From positions 78,392 through 142,391 of the forward strand of contig JBIJDZ010000001.1 of NCBI GenBank assembly GCA_044343805.1: 64,000 nucleotides of DNA, in the 5' to 3' direction. Made by a program: the position numbers and the translations under genes. Each line of letters starts with the position of its first letter. The first letter of the stretch is position 1. This document shows, in pieces, positions 29,454-39,391 of the stretch. Source of the stretch: Chthoniobacterales bacterium. GTDB lineage: Bacteria > Verrucomicrobiota > Verrucomicrobiia > Chthoniobacterales > JACTMZ01. Under the pieces are notes generated by a model. That model saw only the letters and a list, made by a program, of their open reading frames with translations. It did no database searches and was not told where the DNA came from.

Positions 29454-31583
29454 ATGGCTGAAGCCCGCCCGCATTACCCGACGCACCACCACGGTGTCTT
29501 CCGTTTGCGCTACGGCCATCCGCTCCCCTTCGGAGCAAGCTTGGTTCCCGGAGGGGTAAACTTTTCCATTTATTCGACCCATGCTACCGGATGCACTCTG
29601 GTGCTTTTTGAAAAAGGCGCCCAACGGCCGTTTGCCGAAATTCCTTTTCCGCCTGAATTTCGTATGGGTGATGTCTACGCGATGACCGTCTTTGACATTG
29701 ATCCCGGAGAAATCGAATACGGTTACCGCATGGATGGCCCTTTCAACCCCCGGGCCGGGCATCGCTTCGATACCCGACACATCCTGCTCGATCCTTTCGC
29801 ACGAGCCGTCAGCAGCAATGTCGGGGTTGCCGACACCCCGAAAGGCCGGGACATCTACCCGCACCGAGGCCGTATTCCCGAGAACGACTTTGATTGGGAA
29901 CACGATCGTCCCCTTGATCTTCCGGTGCCCGAGCTCGTCATCTACGAACTGCATGTGCGAGGCTTCACCCGTCATGCATCGTCCGGTGTCGCCCACCCGG
30001 GCACATTCGACGGGGTGCGTGAAAAAATCCCCTACTTGAAGTCGATCGGCGTCAACTGCGTTGAACTCATGCCTGTCTTCGAGTTCAACGAAAACGAGAA
30101 TTTCCGCAATAATCCCGAAACCGGCGAACGTCTGCACAACTACTGGGGCTACAGCACGCTTGCCTTCCGGGCTCCAAAGCCCGGCTATGCGGCGCGGGGC
30201 CGCGAGAACCGGGAGGTCGATGAACTCAAAGATTTGGTCAAAGCCTTCCACAGCGCCGGCATTCAGGTGGTTCTCGACGTGGTTTTTAACCACACTGCGG
30301 AAGGCGACGCCACTGGCCCCGTCATATCTTTCCGCGGCATCGACAACAAAACCTACTACCTGCTTGCCCCCAACGGTGACTACCTCAACTTCAGCGGTTG
30401 CGGCAACACCCTCGACTGCAACCATCCAGTCGTACGTGATTTTGTCATTGATTGCCTGCGCTACTGGGCTGCCGAATATCACATTGACGGTTTTCGTTTC
30501 GATCTTGCCTCGGTGCTGGGTCGCGACTCGCAAGGCCACCCCCTCCCCAACCCGCCCTTGCTCGAATCGATCGCCCACGATCCCGTGCTGGCGCACTGTG
30601 AGCTTATCGCCGAGGCCTGGGATGCTGGCGGTCTCTACCAAGTGGGAAATTTTCCAAGTTACGGTCGATGGATGGAGTGGAACGGTAAATACCGCGATGC
30701 CGCGCGACGCTTTCTGCGGGGCGATGATGAATCGGTCGGGGAGATGGTGCAGCGCATCATGGGGTCCCCTGACCTTTACCGCCCGAGCGGACGCCGGCCG
30801 GCCGCCTCGGTCAATTTCATTACCTGTCACGACGGATTCACGCTGGCCGATCTATTCTCCTACGAGCACAAGCACAACCTGGAGAACGGAGAGGACAATC
30901 GTGACGGGACCAATGAAAACTATTCATGGAACTGTGGGACAGAGGGGCCGACGAATGATCTGGCCATCCAGGAGTTACGTTTGCGCTGCGCCAAAAACGC
31001 CATGGCTCTCCTGCTGGTGAGCCAAGGCGTACCTATGCTTTCCATGGGCGACGAGTTCGGCCGCACCCAACGGGGCAATAACAACGCATATTGTCACGAC
31101 ACTTCGTGGAACTGGATGGATTGGGACCTAGCGAAAACAAACGCCGGGCTTTTGCGCTTTGTGCAAGCTCTCGTGGCCTTCCGCCATCGGCACACCAGCC
31201 TGCATCGAAGCGATTGGTTTACCGGCTTGGATAACGTCGGCAGCGGTTATCCCGACATCTCCTGGCACGGTGTAAAAGCCGGCGAACCCGATTGGAGTGA
31301 ACACAGCCATTCGCTGGCCTTCATGCTTTGCGGGCAACATAACCATGCTCTAGGCGGCACGGGGGAGTTTTTCTACGCCGCCTTCAATATGCACTCAGAC
31401 ATGCTGAGATTCGAACTCCCCCGCCTGCCGACCGGATGGCACTGGCACCTCTTGGCGGACACCTCGGCGCTATCGCCAAACGACATTTTTGAGCCGGGCA
31501 GTGAACCTCAACTCGATCAGGCTCGCCCGCTCCGTCTTGTCCCGAAAAGTTCCGTCCTGTGCCTCGGGCGTCAAAAACTTTGA
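29454..31583 (+). CDS. glgX: Glycogen debranching enzyme (GlgX-type GH13)
   Basis: GH13 regions are present (VVLDVVFNHT, GFRFDLASVL, EAWD, FITCHDGFTL), along with the N-terminal CBM48-like region typical of GlgX. Confidence 0.9.
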   Translation: MAEARPHYPTHHHGVFRLRYGHPLPFGASLVPGGVNFSIYSTHATGCTLVLFEKGAQRPFAEIPFPPEFRMGDVYAMTVFDIDPGEIEYGYRMDGPFNPRAGHRFDTRHILLDPFARAVSSNVGVADTPKGRDIYPHRGRIPENDFDWEHDRPLDLPVPELVIYELHVRGFTRHASSGVAHPGTFDGVREKIPYLKSIGVNCVELMPVFEFNENENFRNNPETGERLHNYWGYSTLAFRAPKPGYAARGRENREVDELKDLVKAFHSAGIQVVLDVVFNHTAEGDATGPVISFRGIDNKTYYLLAPNGDYLNFSGCGNTLDCNHPVVRDFVIDCLRYWAAEYHIDGFRFDLASVLGRDSQGHPLPNPPLLESIAHDPVLAHCELIAEAWDAGGLYQVGNFPSYGRWMEWNGKYRDAARRFLRGDDESVGEMVQRIMGSPDLYRPSGRRPAASVNFITCHDGFTLADLFSYEHKHNLENGEDNRDGTNENYSWNCGTEGPTNDLAIQELRLRCAKNAMALLLVSQGVPMLSMGDEFGRTQRGNNNAYCHDTSWNWMDWDLAKTNAGLLRFVQALVAFRHRHTSLHRSDWFTGLDNVGSGYPDISWHGVKAGEPDWSEHSHSLAFMLCGQHNHALGGTGEFFYAAFNMHSDMLRFELPRLPTGWHWHLLADTSALSPNDIFEPGSEPQLDQARPLRLVPKSSVLCLGRQKL

Positions 31584-31591
31584 AGCGCGCC

Positions 31592-32041
31592 ATGCCCAAC
31601 TCATCCAACAAAGGCACAAAACGCATATCCGTCATGGCCTGGATTGAAGATGCCTACGGCGGCGTGGTCTTGGTGCGGCAATCCAAAGGTTCGCGCCAAT
31701 GGACTCTCCCCGGCGGGAAAGTCAAAACCGGCGAAGCTCTCATCAATGCGCTGCGTCGTGAGATCCGGGAGGAAATCGGAGCGGAAATCGCCACTGCCGC
31801 ACCGCTCGACATGCTCGACCGTCCCCGCTCGGGATCTCTTACCATGCTTTATCGCGTGCTTCTCAAGCCCGGCGTCCTCCATCCCGGTGAACCCGAAATC
31901 GCCAAAATCGGCATCCGCCGCAAGCTTCCCCGGGGCAGCTCGGAAACCGCCGCCTACTTTTGGCGTCGCGCCCAACAAAGCTTCGAGCCGTTCTCCATGT
32001 TCAGTTTTCCGTCGCCCGGGCGCCACCGCCAAGAGGGTTGA
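31592..32041 (+). CDS. NUDIX hydrolase
   Basis: Has the Nudix box GGKVKTGEALINALRREIREEIGAE. The ATG at 31592 lies 8 nt after the glgX stop. Confidence 0.8.
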   Translation: MPNSSNKGTKRISVMAWIEDAYGGVVLVRQSKGSRQWTLPGGKVKTGEALINALRREIREEIGAEIATAAPLDMLDRPRSGSLTMLYRVLLKPGVLHPGEPEIAKIGIRRKLPRGSSETAAYFWRRAQQSFEPFSMFSFPSPGRHRQEG

Positions 32042-32047
32042 TCAAGC

Positions 32048-33055
32048 ATGCGCCCCGTGGAAATCGTCGGCGGCGGGTTGGCCGGCTTGGGGCTTGGACT
32101 CGGATTGCGGGCCCATGACGTGCCCGTCACGATCTTGGAATCGGGCGACTACCCGAGGCATCGTGTCTGCGGAGAATTCATCACCGGGCTGGATCGCCAG
32201 ACGAGCGAAAGACTGCAAATCAACCCGATATTGGAGAAATCGCTTCCGGCGCACAGCATTACTTGGTTCGAAACCGACGGGCGAGCAACGCGACACAACC
32301 TGCCGGAGGCCGCCCTTTGTTTGAGCCGATATTTGCTCGATGACTCCATGGCTCAACTCTTTACCTTGAAGGGAGGCAAGCTCGTGAGACGATCACGTGC
32401 TGAGACGCTCGCCAAACCCGGGCGCGTTTTGTGCTGTGGACGCCGCCCAGACGCCTCATCTCCATGGATCGGACTCAAGCAGCACTTTCACGACTTGGTC
32501 ATTCACGATGATCTAGAGGTTCATTTCGGAAAGAATGCCTATGTCGGCCTGACACGCGTGGAAAACCAACGCATCAATGTCTGCGGACTTTTCCCCCGCG
32601 GACAACGCTCCCACAGACACTTGAACATTTTGCTCGATCACATCGAAGCCTCCGGATTACGGGACTTGTCCGACAGGCTGGCGAAAGCGACTGCTCTCGA
32701 GGACTCGGCCTGCGCAGTAGCTGGTCTGGATTACGGAACAAACCGGAACCCACCACCAAGTCTCGGCGATAGCCGTGAATTGATCCCGCCTTTCACCGGT
32801 CATGGCATGACCATCGCCTTGCAAAGCGCGGCCTTGGCCACAGAAACCATAAGACGTTGGTCAGCAGGAGAAATCGAGTGGAGTGAGGCTGTCATCAATC
32901 TTGAACATCGAATCGGGCTGCACTTGCATCGCCGCCTTTCAGTGGCGCGGCTTTCCCACCAGTGGTTGCTTGATCCAACCAAACGTAAAATTGTTTTTAT
33001 CTTGAGCCGCTCTGGCTTGCTGCCTTTCACGCTGCTCTACAGGCTGCTCCATTGA
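32048..33055 (+). CDS. FAD-dependent oxidoreductase (geranylgeranyl-reductase/flavin-monooxygenase-like)
   Basis: Has the N-terminal dinucleotide-binding motif VEIVGGGLAGLGLGLGL followed by CGEFI. It ends 6 nt before the type III PKS gene. Confidence 0.7.
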   Translation: MRPVEIVGGGLAGLGLGLGLRAHDVPVTILESGDYPRHRVCGEFITGLDRQTSERLQINPILEKSLPAHSITWFETDGRATRHNLPEAALCLSRYLLDDSMAQLFTLKGGKLVRRSRAETLAKPGRVLCCGRRPDASSPWIGLKQHFHDLVIHDDLEVHFGKNAYVGLTRVENQRINVCGLFPRGQRSHRHLNILLDHIEASGLRDLSDRLAKATALEDSACAVAGLDYGTNRNPPPSLGDSRELIPPFTGHGMTIALQSAALATETIRRWSAGEIEWSEAVINLEHRIGLHLHRRLSVARLSHQWLLDPTKRKIVFILSRSGLLPFTLLYRLLH

Positions 33056-33061
33056 TCTCCC

Positions 33062-34108
33062 ATGTTTCTTCACGCTCTGGCCACGGCAACACCGGAAAGC
33101 TCTTTCACGCAACGCGAGTGCCTTGAATTGGCGCTGGCCTCCCCCGCTCTCACAGGGCGGTTGGATCGGCGTGCCCGCCTGATGTTTGGGGCAATCCTGC
33201 GCGGCGACTCGGGAGTGGACACCCGGCAATTTGCCACCCGCAAATTGGACACGCTCTTCACGAATGGCCCCGACGAGTTGAATGCAGTCTTCCGTCAAGC
33301 TGCACCGGAGTTGGCTGCCAAGGCACTGACAAAAGCCTTGATCAGTGCGGGTATTGCGCCGACTGAACTTGACGCGTTGGTTGTTTGCACCTGCACCGGA
33401 TATCTTTGTCCCGGCGTGAGCAGCTATGTCGCGGAGATGATCGGTCTAAGGTCCGATGCTTGGTTGCAGGATTTGGTCGGTTTGGGCTGCGGGGCGGCCA
33501 TACCAGCCCTTCGTGCAACCTCAGCCATAACCAAAACCAATCCCGATTCCGTGGTGGCTTGCGTCGCGGTGGAGATATGTTCGGCCGCTTTTTACTTGGA
33601 TAACGACCCCGGCGTAATCATCAGCGCCTGCCTTTTTGGGGACGGCGCCGCCGCCTCGATTTGGCGTTCGACACCCGCGAAAGACGCATTGCGCTGTCAC
33701 AGCTTCAACACCATTCATGAACCAGTCCACCGCGACCGCATACGCTTCGAACAACGCGAGGGAAAGTTGAGAAATCTCCTGCACCCATCCGTTCCTGAAC
33801 TGGCTTCACGGGCCGTACACGAACTTTACGAACGAAGTCAGGGCCCGGAATTGCCGCCGATTGATCAGATTATCTCGCATGGCGGAGGCAAAGATGTGAT
33901 GGCCGCGCTGGCTGACACATTTTCACAGTATGACTTCACCGCCGCGAAAACGATCCTGCGACGTCACGGCAACATGAGCAGTCCGTCCGTACTTTTCGCT
34001 TTGCAGGAGGCCCTGCTGACAGCCGCACCGGCAAAAGATGCCGACTGGTGGCTCACATCCTTTGGAGCGGGCTTTAGCGCTCACTCCTGCCGATTAAGCG
34101 CAGTCTAA
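33062..34108 (+). CDS. Type III polyketide synthase (chalcone-synthase superfamily)
   Basis: The Cys-His-Asn triad contexts are GLGCGAAIPALR (about nt 33481-33516), SHGGGKDVMAAL and HGNMSSPSVLFAL. Its length is 348 aa. Confidence 0.85.
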   Translation: MFLHALATATPESSFTQRECLELALASPALTGRLDRRARLMFGAILRGDSGVDTRQFATRKLDTLFTNGPDELNAVFRQAAPELAAKALTKALISAGIAPTELDALVVCTCTGYLCPGVSSYVAEMIGLRSDAWLQDLVGLGCGAAIPALRATSAITKTNPDSVVACVAVEICSAAFYLDNDPGVIISACLFGDGAAASIWRSTPAKDALRCHSFNTIHEPVHRDRIRFEQREGKLRNLLHPSVPELASRAVHELYERSQGPELPPIDQIISHGGGKDVMAALADTFSQYDFTAAKTILRRHGNMSSPSVLFALQEALLTAAPAKDADWWLTSFGAGFSAHSCRLSAV

Positions 34109-36618
34109 AACCGGATCGGCGGCGGGGCCGGGAGCCCCATGTCGATTTGCTCCGATTGCAAGGCGGTCCCGACACCGGCTGCTTCGGCCTTGCGAACTTC
34201 TGGTTGAAGAGGAATCGAGGACGCTCCCGTTGCCTCTTGGGGCAAGACTGCAAGATTCACGGCCACGGCTTCGGCCACAGGCACCTTGCCGCCAAAATCC
34301 ACCATGGCGGCCGGAGAGACCGAGTTGTAGGGGTCGGCAGCACCGACCACGGGAGCGGCCGAAACATCGACCGGCCTCACTTTGCTCAGATCTACGGCAA
34401 CCGCCGCCCGTGGCCATTCCTCCTCGGCAAACTCTCGCACAAAGCTTCGCAAACCGCCCGCATGCACACTGCACTCCACTTTCGGGGCGCGGCCGATACG
34501 GGCATATTCACTGTAGACCGTCGACTCGGTGGATTCTCCGCCGCTGGCCGGTCGAATTTTTTCGATGCACTTGTCGGTGGCCACCTCACCGGAAATACGG
34601 CAAATCTCCACCTGTTCAACCGTGACCGGGGCCTTGAGCGGCGAAGATGGAAAGTCATTCCGCGAGGCGTTCATCACGTCCACCCACACAGGCAGCGCCA
34701 AATCCCCACTGAAGGCTCCGCGATAGATTTGCCTCGGTTGATCATAACCGATCCAGACTCCGCAAGTGATCGCGCTCGAGTAGCCGAGGAACCACACATC
34801 GGTAAAGTTGTAGGCCGTGCCGGTTTTCCCCGCCGAACCGGCCACCGCCAGGCCATAGTCGGTCGTGGCCTTGCTCCCCGTGCCGCGAAAGACTGTATCC
34901 GTCAGCAAACTGTGCACCTGCCAAGCCGTGGCATCCGAAATTACCTTTTTGCGTCGGTTGGCTCTCTCGTAAATCAACTCGCCGTCGGAATCCTCGATTT
35001 TGTCGATGATGTGCGTGCGCTCCGGACGATCCCCGCCGCCGGGGAACATGGTGTAAGCCAAAGTGGTCTCCTCCAGCGTTTGTTCGCTTGACCCCAGGTA
35101 GGTGTTGGCAAACGGGCGCAAGGGGGAGTTGATTCCGGCTTCCTTGGCCAGCTTGCTCACGGCATCCAATCCGGTCTGGAAACCGAAACGGACCACGGCG
35201 GCATTTTTGCCTCGAACCAAAGCATCCCGGGCCGTGACTTCACCCTCGTATTCATTGTCCGCCCGCTCGACTCCCCACTCGCCGAGAATTCCCGCTGTGC
35301 CGCCAAAGCCCACCAACCGGTTATCGAGGGCCCAGTCCTGCAGGACATCGCCGGGGAAGAGACCTTTTTCGAAACCGGCCGCATACAGGAGAGGAACAAA
35401 CGCAGTGCCAACCGGTCGCCGGCCTTGCACCGTACGATTGTACTCGCTGTGGCGAAAATCACGCCCCCCGACCATCACCAGTATTCCCCCATCACGGTTG
35501 TCCAAAGCCAGCACCGCTCCCTGAAGGTAGGCAGGCGGCGTGGTATTCGATTCCCCCGGTTTGAGCGCACTGCTCGCATACAGGTTTTCAAAATCCTGGT
35601 AGGTCTGGTTCGCATAACCCGGACGCCTTTCCACTTCGTCCAGCTTGCGCCCCAAAGCCGTTTGGGCTTCCCGCTGCATGTCGGAATCAATCGTCGTAAA
35701 AATCCGGAATCCACCATTCATCGCGCGGTCATAGCCAAGTGATGCAATGACCTGCTGACGCACATAATCCAGCGCGTAAGATTGTTTCGCTGGTGCAGGG
35801 CGCTCCCGGACTTTCAACGGCTCGGCGACAGCTTGTCCATAGGCCTCGCTGGTCAGGAAGCCGAGATCGCGCATCTGTTTCAGCACATAGTCACGGTTGA
35901 CTTTGGCGGCCTGGAGATTCGACCACGGAGAAAGACTGTTCGGACTTTTGAGCAGCCCGGCCAAAACGGCCGCTTGGGCCGCCGTCATTTGCTCGGCCGG
36001 AACCCCGAAATAGCCTTTGGAGGCAGCCTCTGCACCATACAAACCACCACCGAAATAGACGCGGTTGAGGTACAGCTCCATGATCTTTTCCTTGGAGAGG
36101 TTTTGTTCGATCCGCCGGGCCAGCGCCATTTCGAGAAGTTTACGCCGGTAAGTACGCTCTTTGAGATCATAGGAATTACGCGCCAACTGTTGCGTCACCG
36201 TGCTGGCCCCCTGCCGGATGCGCCCAGCCGACCAGTTTGCATAAGCCGCTCGAGCGATACCCGCGTAATCAATGCCGTTGTGCGTCCAGAAACGATTGTC
36301 TTCTGCTGCAATTACGGCATTGACGAGCACCTGCGGCAATTTTTTGTAGGGCACCGGATTCCGGTTCTGGATAAAAATTTTTCCCATCAGATCGCCTTTG
36401 CGATCATAGATGAGCGAGGCTGATTCCATTTTTTCGAGCCGGCTCAAATCGAACTGTTCCGCCATTTCGGAAAATTCCGCCCGCATGGAAAGAAGGAAGA
36501 CGGCAGCTGCGGCGACCGCGACCAGGAGCAGGATTGAGGGCAAAAGAAAGATCCACCACCAGATGGAACGGCGTCGGCGCTGGGGGGTTTCCTCCCAAGA
36601 GTAACTTTGACGGGACAT
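34105..36618 (-). CDS. Class A penicillin-binding protein (PBP1A family) with a long C-terminal extension
   Basis: GT51 motifs are AAEDNRFWTH, GASTVTQQLARN and RKLLEM. Transpeptidase motifs are PVGTAFVPLLY (SxxK-type position; here TAF) and KTGTA. The ATG at 36618 gives a basic N-terminus plus a TM helix. Confidence 0.8.
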   Translation of the reverse strand: MSRQSYSWEETPQRRRRSIWWWIFLLPSILLLVAVAAAAVFLLSMRAEFSEMAEQFDLSRLEKMESASLIYDRKGDLMGKIFIQNRNPVPYKKLPQVLVNAVIAAEDNRFWTHNGIDYAGIARAAYANWSAGRIRQGASTVTQQLARNSYDLKERTYRRKLLEMALARRIEQNLSKEKIMELYLNRVYFGGGLYGAEAASKGYFGVPAEQMTAAQAAVLAGLLKSPNSLSPWSNLQAAKVNRDYVLKQMRDLGFLTSEAYGQAVAEPLKVRERPAPAKQSYALDYVRQQVIASLGYDRAMNGGFRIFTTIDSDMQREAQTALGRKLDEVERRPGYANQTYQDFENLYASSALKPGESNTTPPAYLQGAVLALDNRDGGILVMVGGRDFRHSEYNRTVQGRRPVGTAFVPLLYAAGFEKGLFPGDVLQDWALDNRLVGFGGTAGILGEWGVERADNEYEGEVTARDALVRGKNAAVVRFGFQTGLDAVSKLAKEAGINSPLRPFANTYLGSSEQTLEETTLAYTMFPGGGDRPERTHIIDKIEDSDGELIYERANRRKKVISDATAWQVHSLLTDTVFRGTGSKATTDYGLAVAGSAGKTGTAYNFTDVWFLGYSSAITCGVWIGYDQPRQIYRGAFSGDLALPVWVDVMNASRNDFPSSPLKAPVTVEQVEICRISGEVATDKCIEKIRPASGGESTESTVYSEYARIGRAPKVECSVHAGGLRSFVREFAEEEWPRAAVAVDLSKVRPVDVSAAPVVGAADPYNSVSPAAMVDFGGKVPVAEAVAVNLAVLPQEATGASSIPLQPEVRKAEAAGVGTALQSEQIDMGLPAPPPIRF

Positions 36619-36727
36619 GCAGGTTGTTTTGTTTTCCACAGATCTACCGCGCTGGCAACGCCAATGCCGCAGCTCCACACGGGAAGAATCGACTTGGAGC
36701 TTACAACATTACAGTCTGAATTCCACT

Positions 36728-38611
36728 ATGAGCATGCATCCGGCCCCCCGCCGCCCCATTCTCTACTGGGACGGCGATTGCGGCTTCTGCCGCATATGGG
36801 TGGATCGCTGGCAGGAATCGTCCGGCGACTCCGTCGAATACCAAACACTCCAGCATGCGCCACCAGAAGTTGTCGAGGCCGCCGGGGGTAATCCCCCGCA
36901 ACAAATCGTACTCGAACAGCCCGACGGCACCTTGCTCACCGGTGCACACGCCGCCCTGACAGCCGTGCAGAAAGGCAGCGTGGGCGCAAAAATTTTCCTG
37001 CGGCTTTACGAGCGCGTGCCGGTATTTCGTGCTTTCACGGAATCGTTTTATCGTTGGATCGCCGATCACCGCGGATTGTGCGGTTCTCTCACCAAATGGC
37101 TCTGGGGCTCTTCCACATTGAAGCCGACCTACGAAATTTCCGGCTGGCTATTCCCACGCTTGATGGGTGCGATTTTCGCCAGCGCCTTTGTTTCGCTGTG
37201 GATCCAAATCGACGGACTCACCGGCTCCCAAGGAATTCTTCCCGTGTCGCCCCACCTGGATGCAGTCCATGCTCACTTCGCGGCAACGGGAGAGCCCGGT
37301 GAGGCTTTCCGGCAAATTCCCTCGCTTCTTTGGTTCGGCGCGAGTGATCGCATGCTGCACTTTTGGCTGGCGGCAGGCACCCTTTCGTCCGTCTTGCTCA
37401 TGCTGGGGATCTGGCCAGCGCTCGCGGCGCTCATTTCATGGGCCTGCTATCTCTCATTCGCTGCAGCTGTGCCGGTTTTTCTCAACTTCCAATGGGACGC
37501 CTTGTTGCTCGAGGCAGGCTTTCTCCTTATTCTTTACGTTCCCTGGGTCTCCCGCCTGCGATATGGAGCATCGGCGCCGGCACGACTCGGACGGCTTCTC
37601 GTCTGGTGGTTGCTCTTCCGGTTGATGTTTGAGTCGGGTGTGGTGAAGCTGTTCGGCTACGACGCAACAGGTTACAATGCATGGCTCGCTGGAACGGCGC
37701 TGGACTTCCACTATTTCACCCAGCCGATTCCCGTCCTCACCAGTTGGTGGTTCGCCCACCTGCCAGGATGGTTCCACCGTTTTTCTTTGGTTTTCGTGTT
37801 TCTTGTCGAACTTCTTCTGCCCTTCGGAATAGCAGGTACCCGGCGCTTGCGCATGACCGCTTTCTGGGGGGTCAGCGTGCTCATGATCTTGATTATTGCC
37901 TCGGGGCACTACGGCTTTTTCAATCTCTTGACGCTGGCGCTTTGTGTGACCCTTATCGACGACCGATCCTGGCCAGACCGTTTGCGCCGGATGGTAAATA
38001 AAGATGAAATACCCGCGCGGGCTCCGAAGATCCCGGAAAGGGTGCATTGTTGGATCATGCTTCCTATGGCCGCGCTGATTCTTTGCCTCACATCGGTGCA
38101 ACTGCTGGCCGTCCTGCGTTTGATCTCACCCGCCTCGGCCCAGACCATCACCGGGCCATTTTCACCATGGCGCAGCACAAACTCCTACGGTCTGTTCAGT
38201 GTAATGACCACAGAACGCCCGGAGATTACTTTGGAATACAGCATAGATGGTCGCCAGTGGCAGCCATATCGCTTCCGTTGGAAAATTTCGTCGGATCGCA
38301 ATGACCTGCCTTTTTTCCTTCCCCATATGCCGCGACTTGACTGGCAAATGTGGTTTGCCGCGCTGGAGTTTCGCACCTCCGGGCGACTACCAGGTTGGTT
38401 CAGCTCTTTACTGGCAAAGTTGGAGAACAAATCGCGCGCAACGCATAATCTGCTGGAGTCTTCCACCGTAGATCAGTTTGGGCCTGTTTACTTTCGGATT
38501 AGCTTGGATCTGCTGGAGTTCACCTCACCGGAAGAACGGCGCAAAACGGGCCGCGTTTGGAACTCACAACCTCTTCCCGAGTACACGATCGAAGGACGTT
38601 TGCAACGATAG
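36728..38611 (+). CDS. Fusion of a DCC-family thiol-disulfide oxidoreductase (DUF393) domain with a lipase-maturation-factor (LMF)-like polytopic membrane domain
   Basis: The N-terminus is PILYWDGDCGFCRIWVDRW (DCC CxxC motif, about nt 36766-36795). About 10 TM helices follow, then a C-terminal soluble region with a W-rich pattern (LPHMPRLDWQMWFAAL) like LMF-family proteins. Confidence 0.65.
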   Translation: MSMHPAPRRPILYWDGDCGFCRIWVDRWQESSGDSVEYQTLQHAPPEVVEAAGGNPPQQIVLEQPDGTLLTGAHAALTAVQKGSVGAKIFLRLYERVPVFRAFTESFYRWIADHRGLCGSLTKWLWGSSTLKPTYEISGWLFPRLMGAIFASAFVSLWIQIDGLTGSQGILPVSPHLDAVHAHFAATGEPGEAFRQIPSLLWFGASDRMLHFWLAAGTLSSVLLMLGIWPALAALISWACYLSFAAAVPVFLNFQWDALLLEAGFLLILYVPWVSRLRYGASAPARLGRLLVWWLLFRLMFESGVVKLFGYDATGYNAWLAGTALDFHYFTQPIPVLTSWWFAHLPGWFHRFSLVFVFLVELLLPFGIAGTRRLRMTAFWGVSVLMILIIASGHYGFFNLLTLALCVTLIDDRSWPDRLRRMVNKDEIPARAPKIPERVHCWIMLPMAALILCLTSVQLLAVLRLISPASAQTITGPFSPWRSTNSYGLFSVMTTERPEITLEYSIDGRQWQPYRFRWKISSDRNDLPFFLPHMPRLDWQMWFAALEFRTSGRLPGWFSSLLAKLENKSRATHNLLESSTVDQFGPVYFRISLDLLEFTSPEERRKTGRVWNSQPLPEYTIEGRLQR

Positions 38612-38698
38612 GGATCATGAAGCAAAAGAAGGCAATCCGCGTAAAGCCCCAGTTATTACTCCTTAACAAACCCGGAATTTCTGACACAAATGTGGGTG

Positions 38699-39292
38699 AT
38701 GTTTACTGGATTAGTTCGAGAAGTCGGCGAGGTCGGCTGGTTGCGACGCACTGATCAAACTGTGCAGATGCTCATCAAGGCCCCCCGCACGGCCAACCGC
38801 GCCAAGATCGGGGAAAGTATTGCGGTCAATGGTTGCTGTCTCACCGTTACTGCACAGCGTGCCGGACAAGTCATGTTCGACCTTTTGGCCGAGAGCCTTG
38901 AACGAACAAACTTCGGGAGCCTTAAACCCGGCAGCCCTGTTAATCTTGAACGGGCTCTGCGTGTGGAGGGCCGCTTGGGCGGTCACTTCGTCCAAGGTCA
39001 TATCGATTGCACGGCCGAGGTTGTGGCGGTGGAGGAGCGCGGATCGGATGTACGCATCGACATCCAACTGCCCGGTGAATTTGCCCGCTACTTAGCCTTT
39101 AAGGGCTCTGTTGCAATCAATGGCGTGAGTCTTACGGTCTCCGCGATTGACGAAAAAATTTTCACCGTCTGGATCATCCCCCATACTTTAGAGAACACTA
39201 ACCTTGGCGACCTTGAGCCGGGCGACCGCGTGAATCTGGAGTTCGACATTCTCGCCAAATACGTCGAGCGACTCATCGACGGGAAAAGATAA
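38699..39292 (+). CDS. ribE: Riboflavin synthase (alpha chain)
   Basis: Has the canonical N-terminus MFTGLVREVGEV and the internal duplicated barrel repeat (INGCCLTV / INGVSLTV). Confidence 0.9.
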   Translation: MFTGLVREVGEVGWLRRTDQTVQMLIKAPRTANRAKIGESIAVNGCCLTVTAQRAGQVMFDLLAESLERTNFGSLKPGSPVNLERALRVEGRLGGHFVQGHIDCTAEVVAVEERGSDVRIDIQLPGEFARYLAFKGSVAINGVSLTVSAIDEKIFTVWIIPHTLENTNLGDLEPGDRVNLEFDILAKYVERLIDGKR

Positions 39293-39391
39293 CCCGATCA
39301 CTTGACTTCTTCTACCCGGTGGATCGTGTGCAGCAAAGCGCTTATGGTAAACTCCGGTAGCAGCCGGACTTGCACTCCTTCAGGCGCATTA

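Noticed and set aside
28867-29559. A 230-aa alternative-frame ORF overlapping the thioredoxin-like gene.
   Set aside because: The overlapping frame carries the CxxC redoxin motif. This frame is Pro/Arg/Ser-rich with no motif and is likely spurious.
38612-38698. A possible FMN riboswitch upstream of ribE.
   Set aside because: The gap is only 87 nt, and I could not find the conserved FMN-element core sequences or its multi-stem arrangement.
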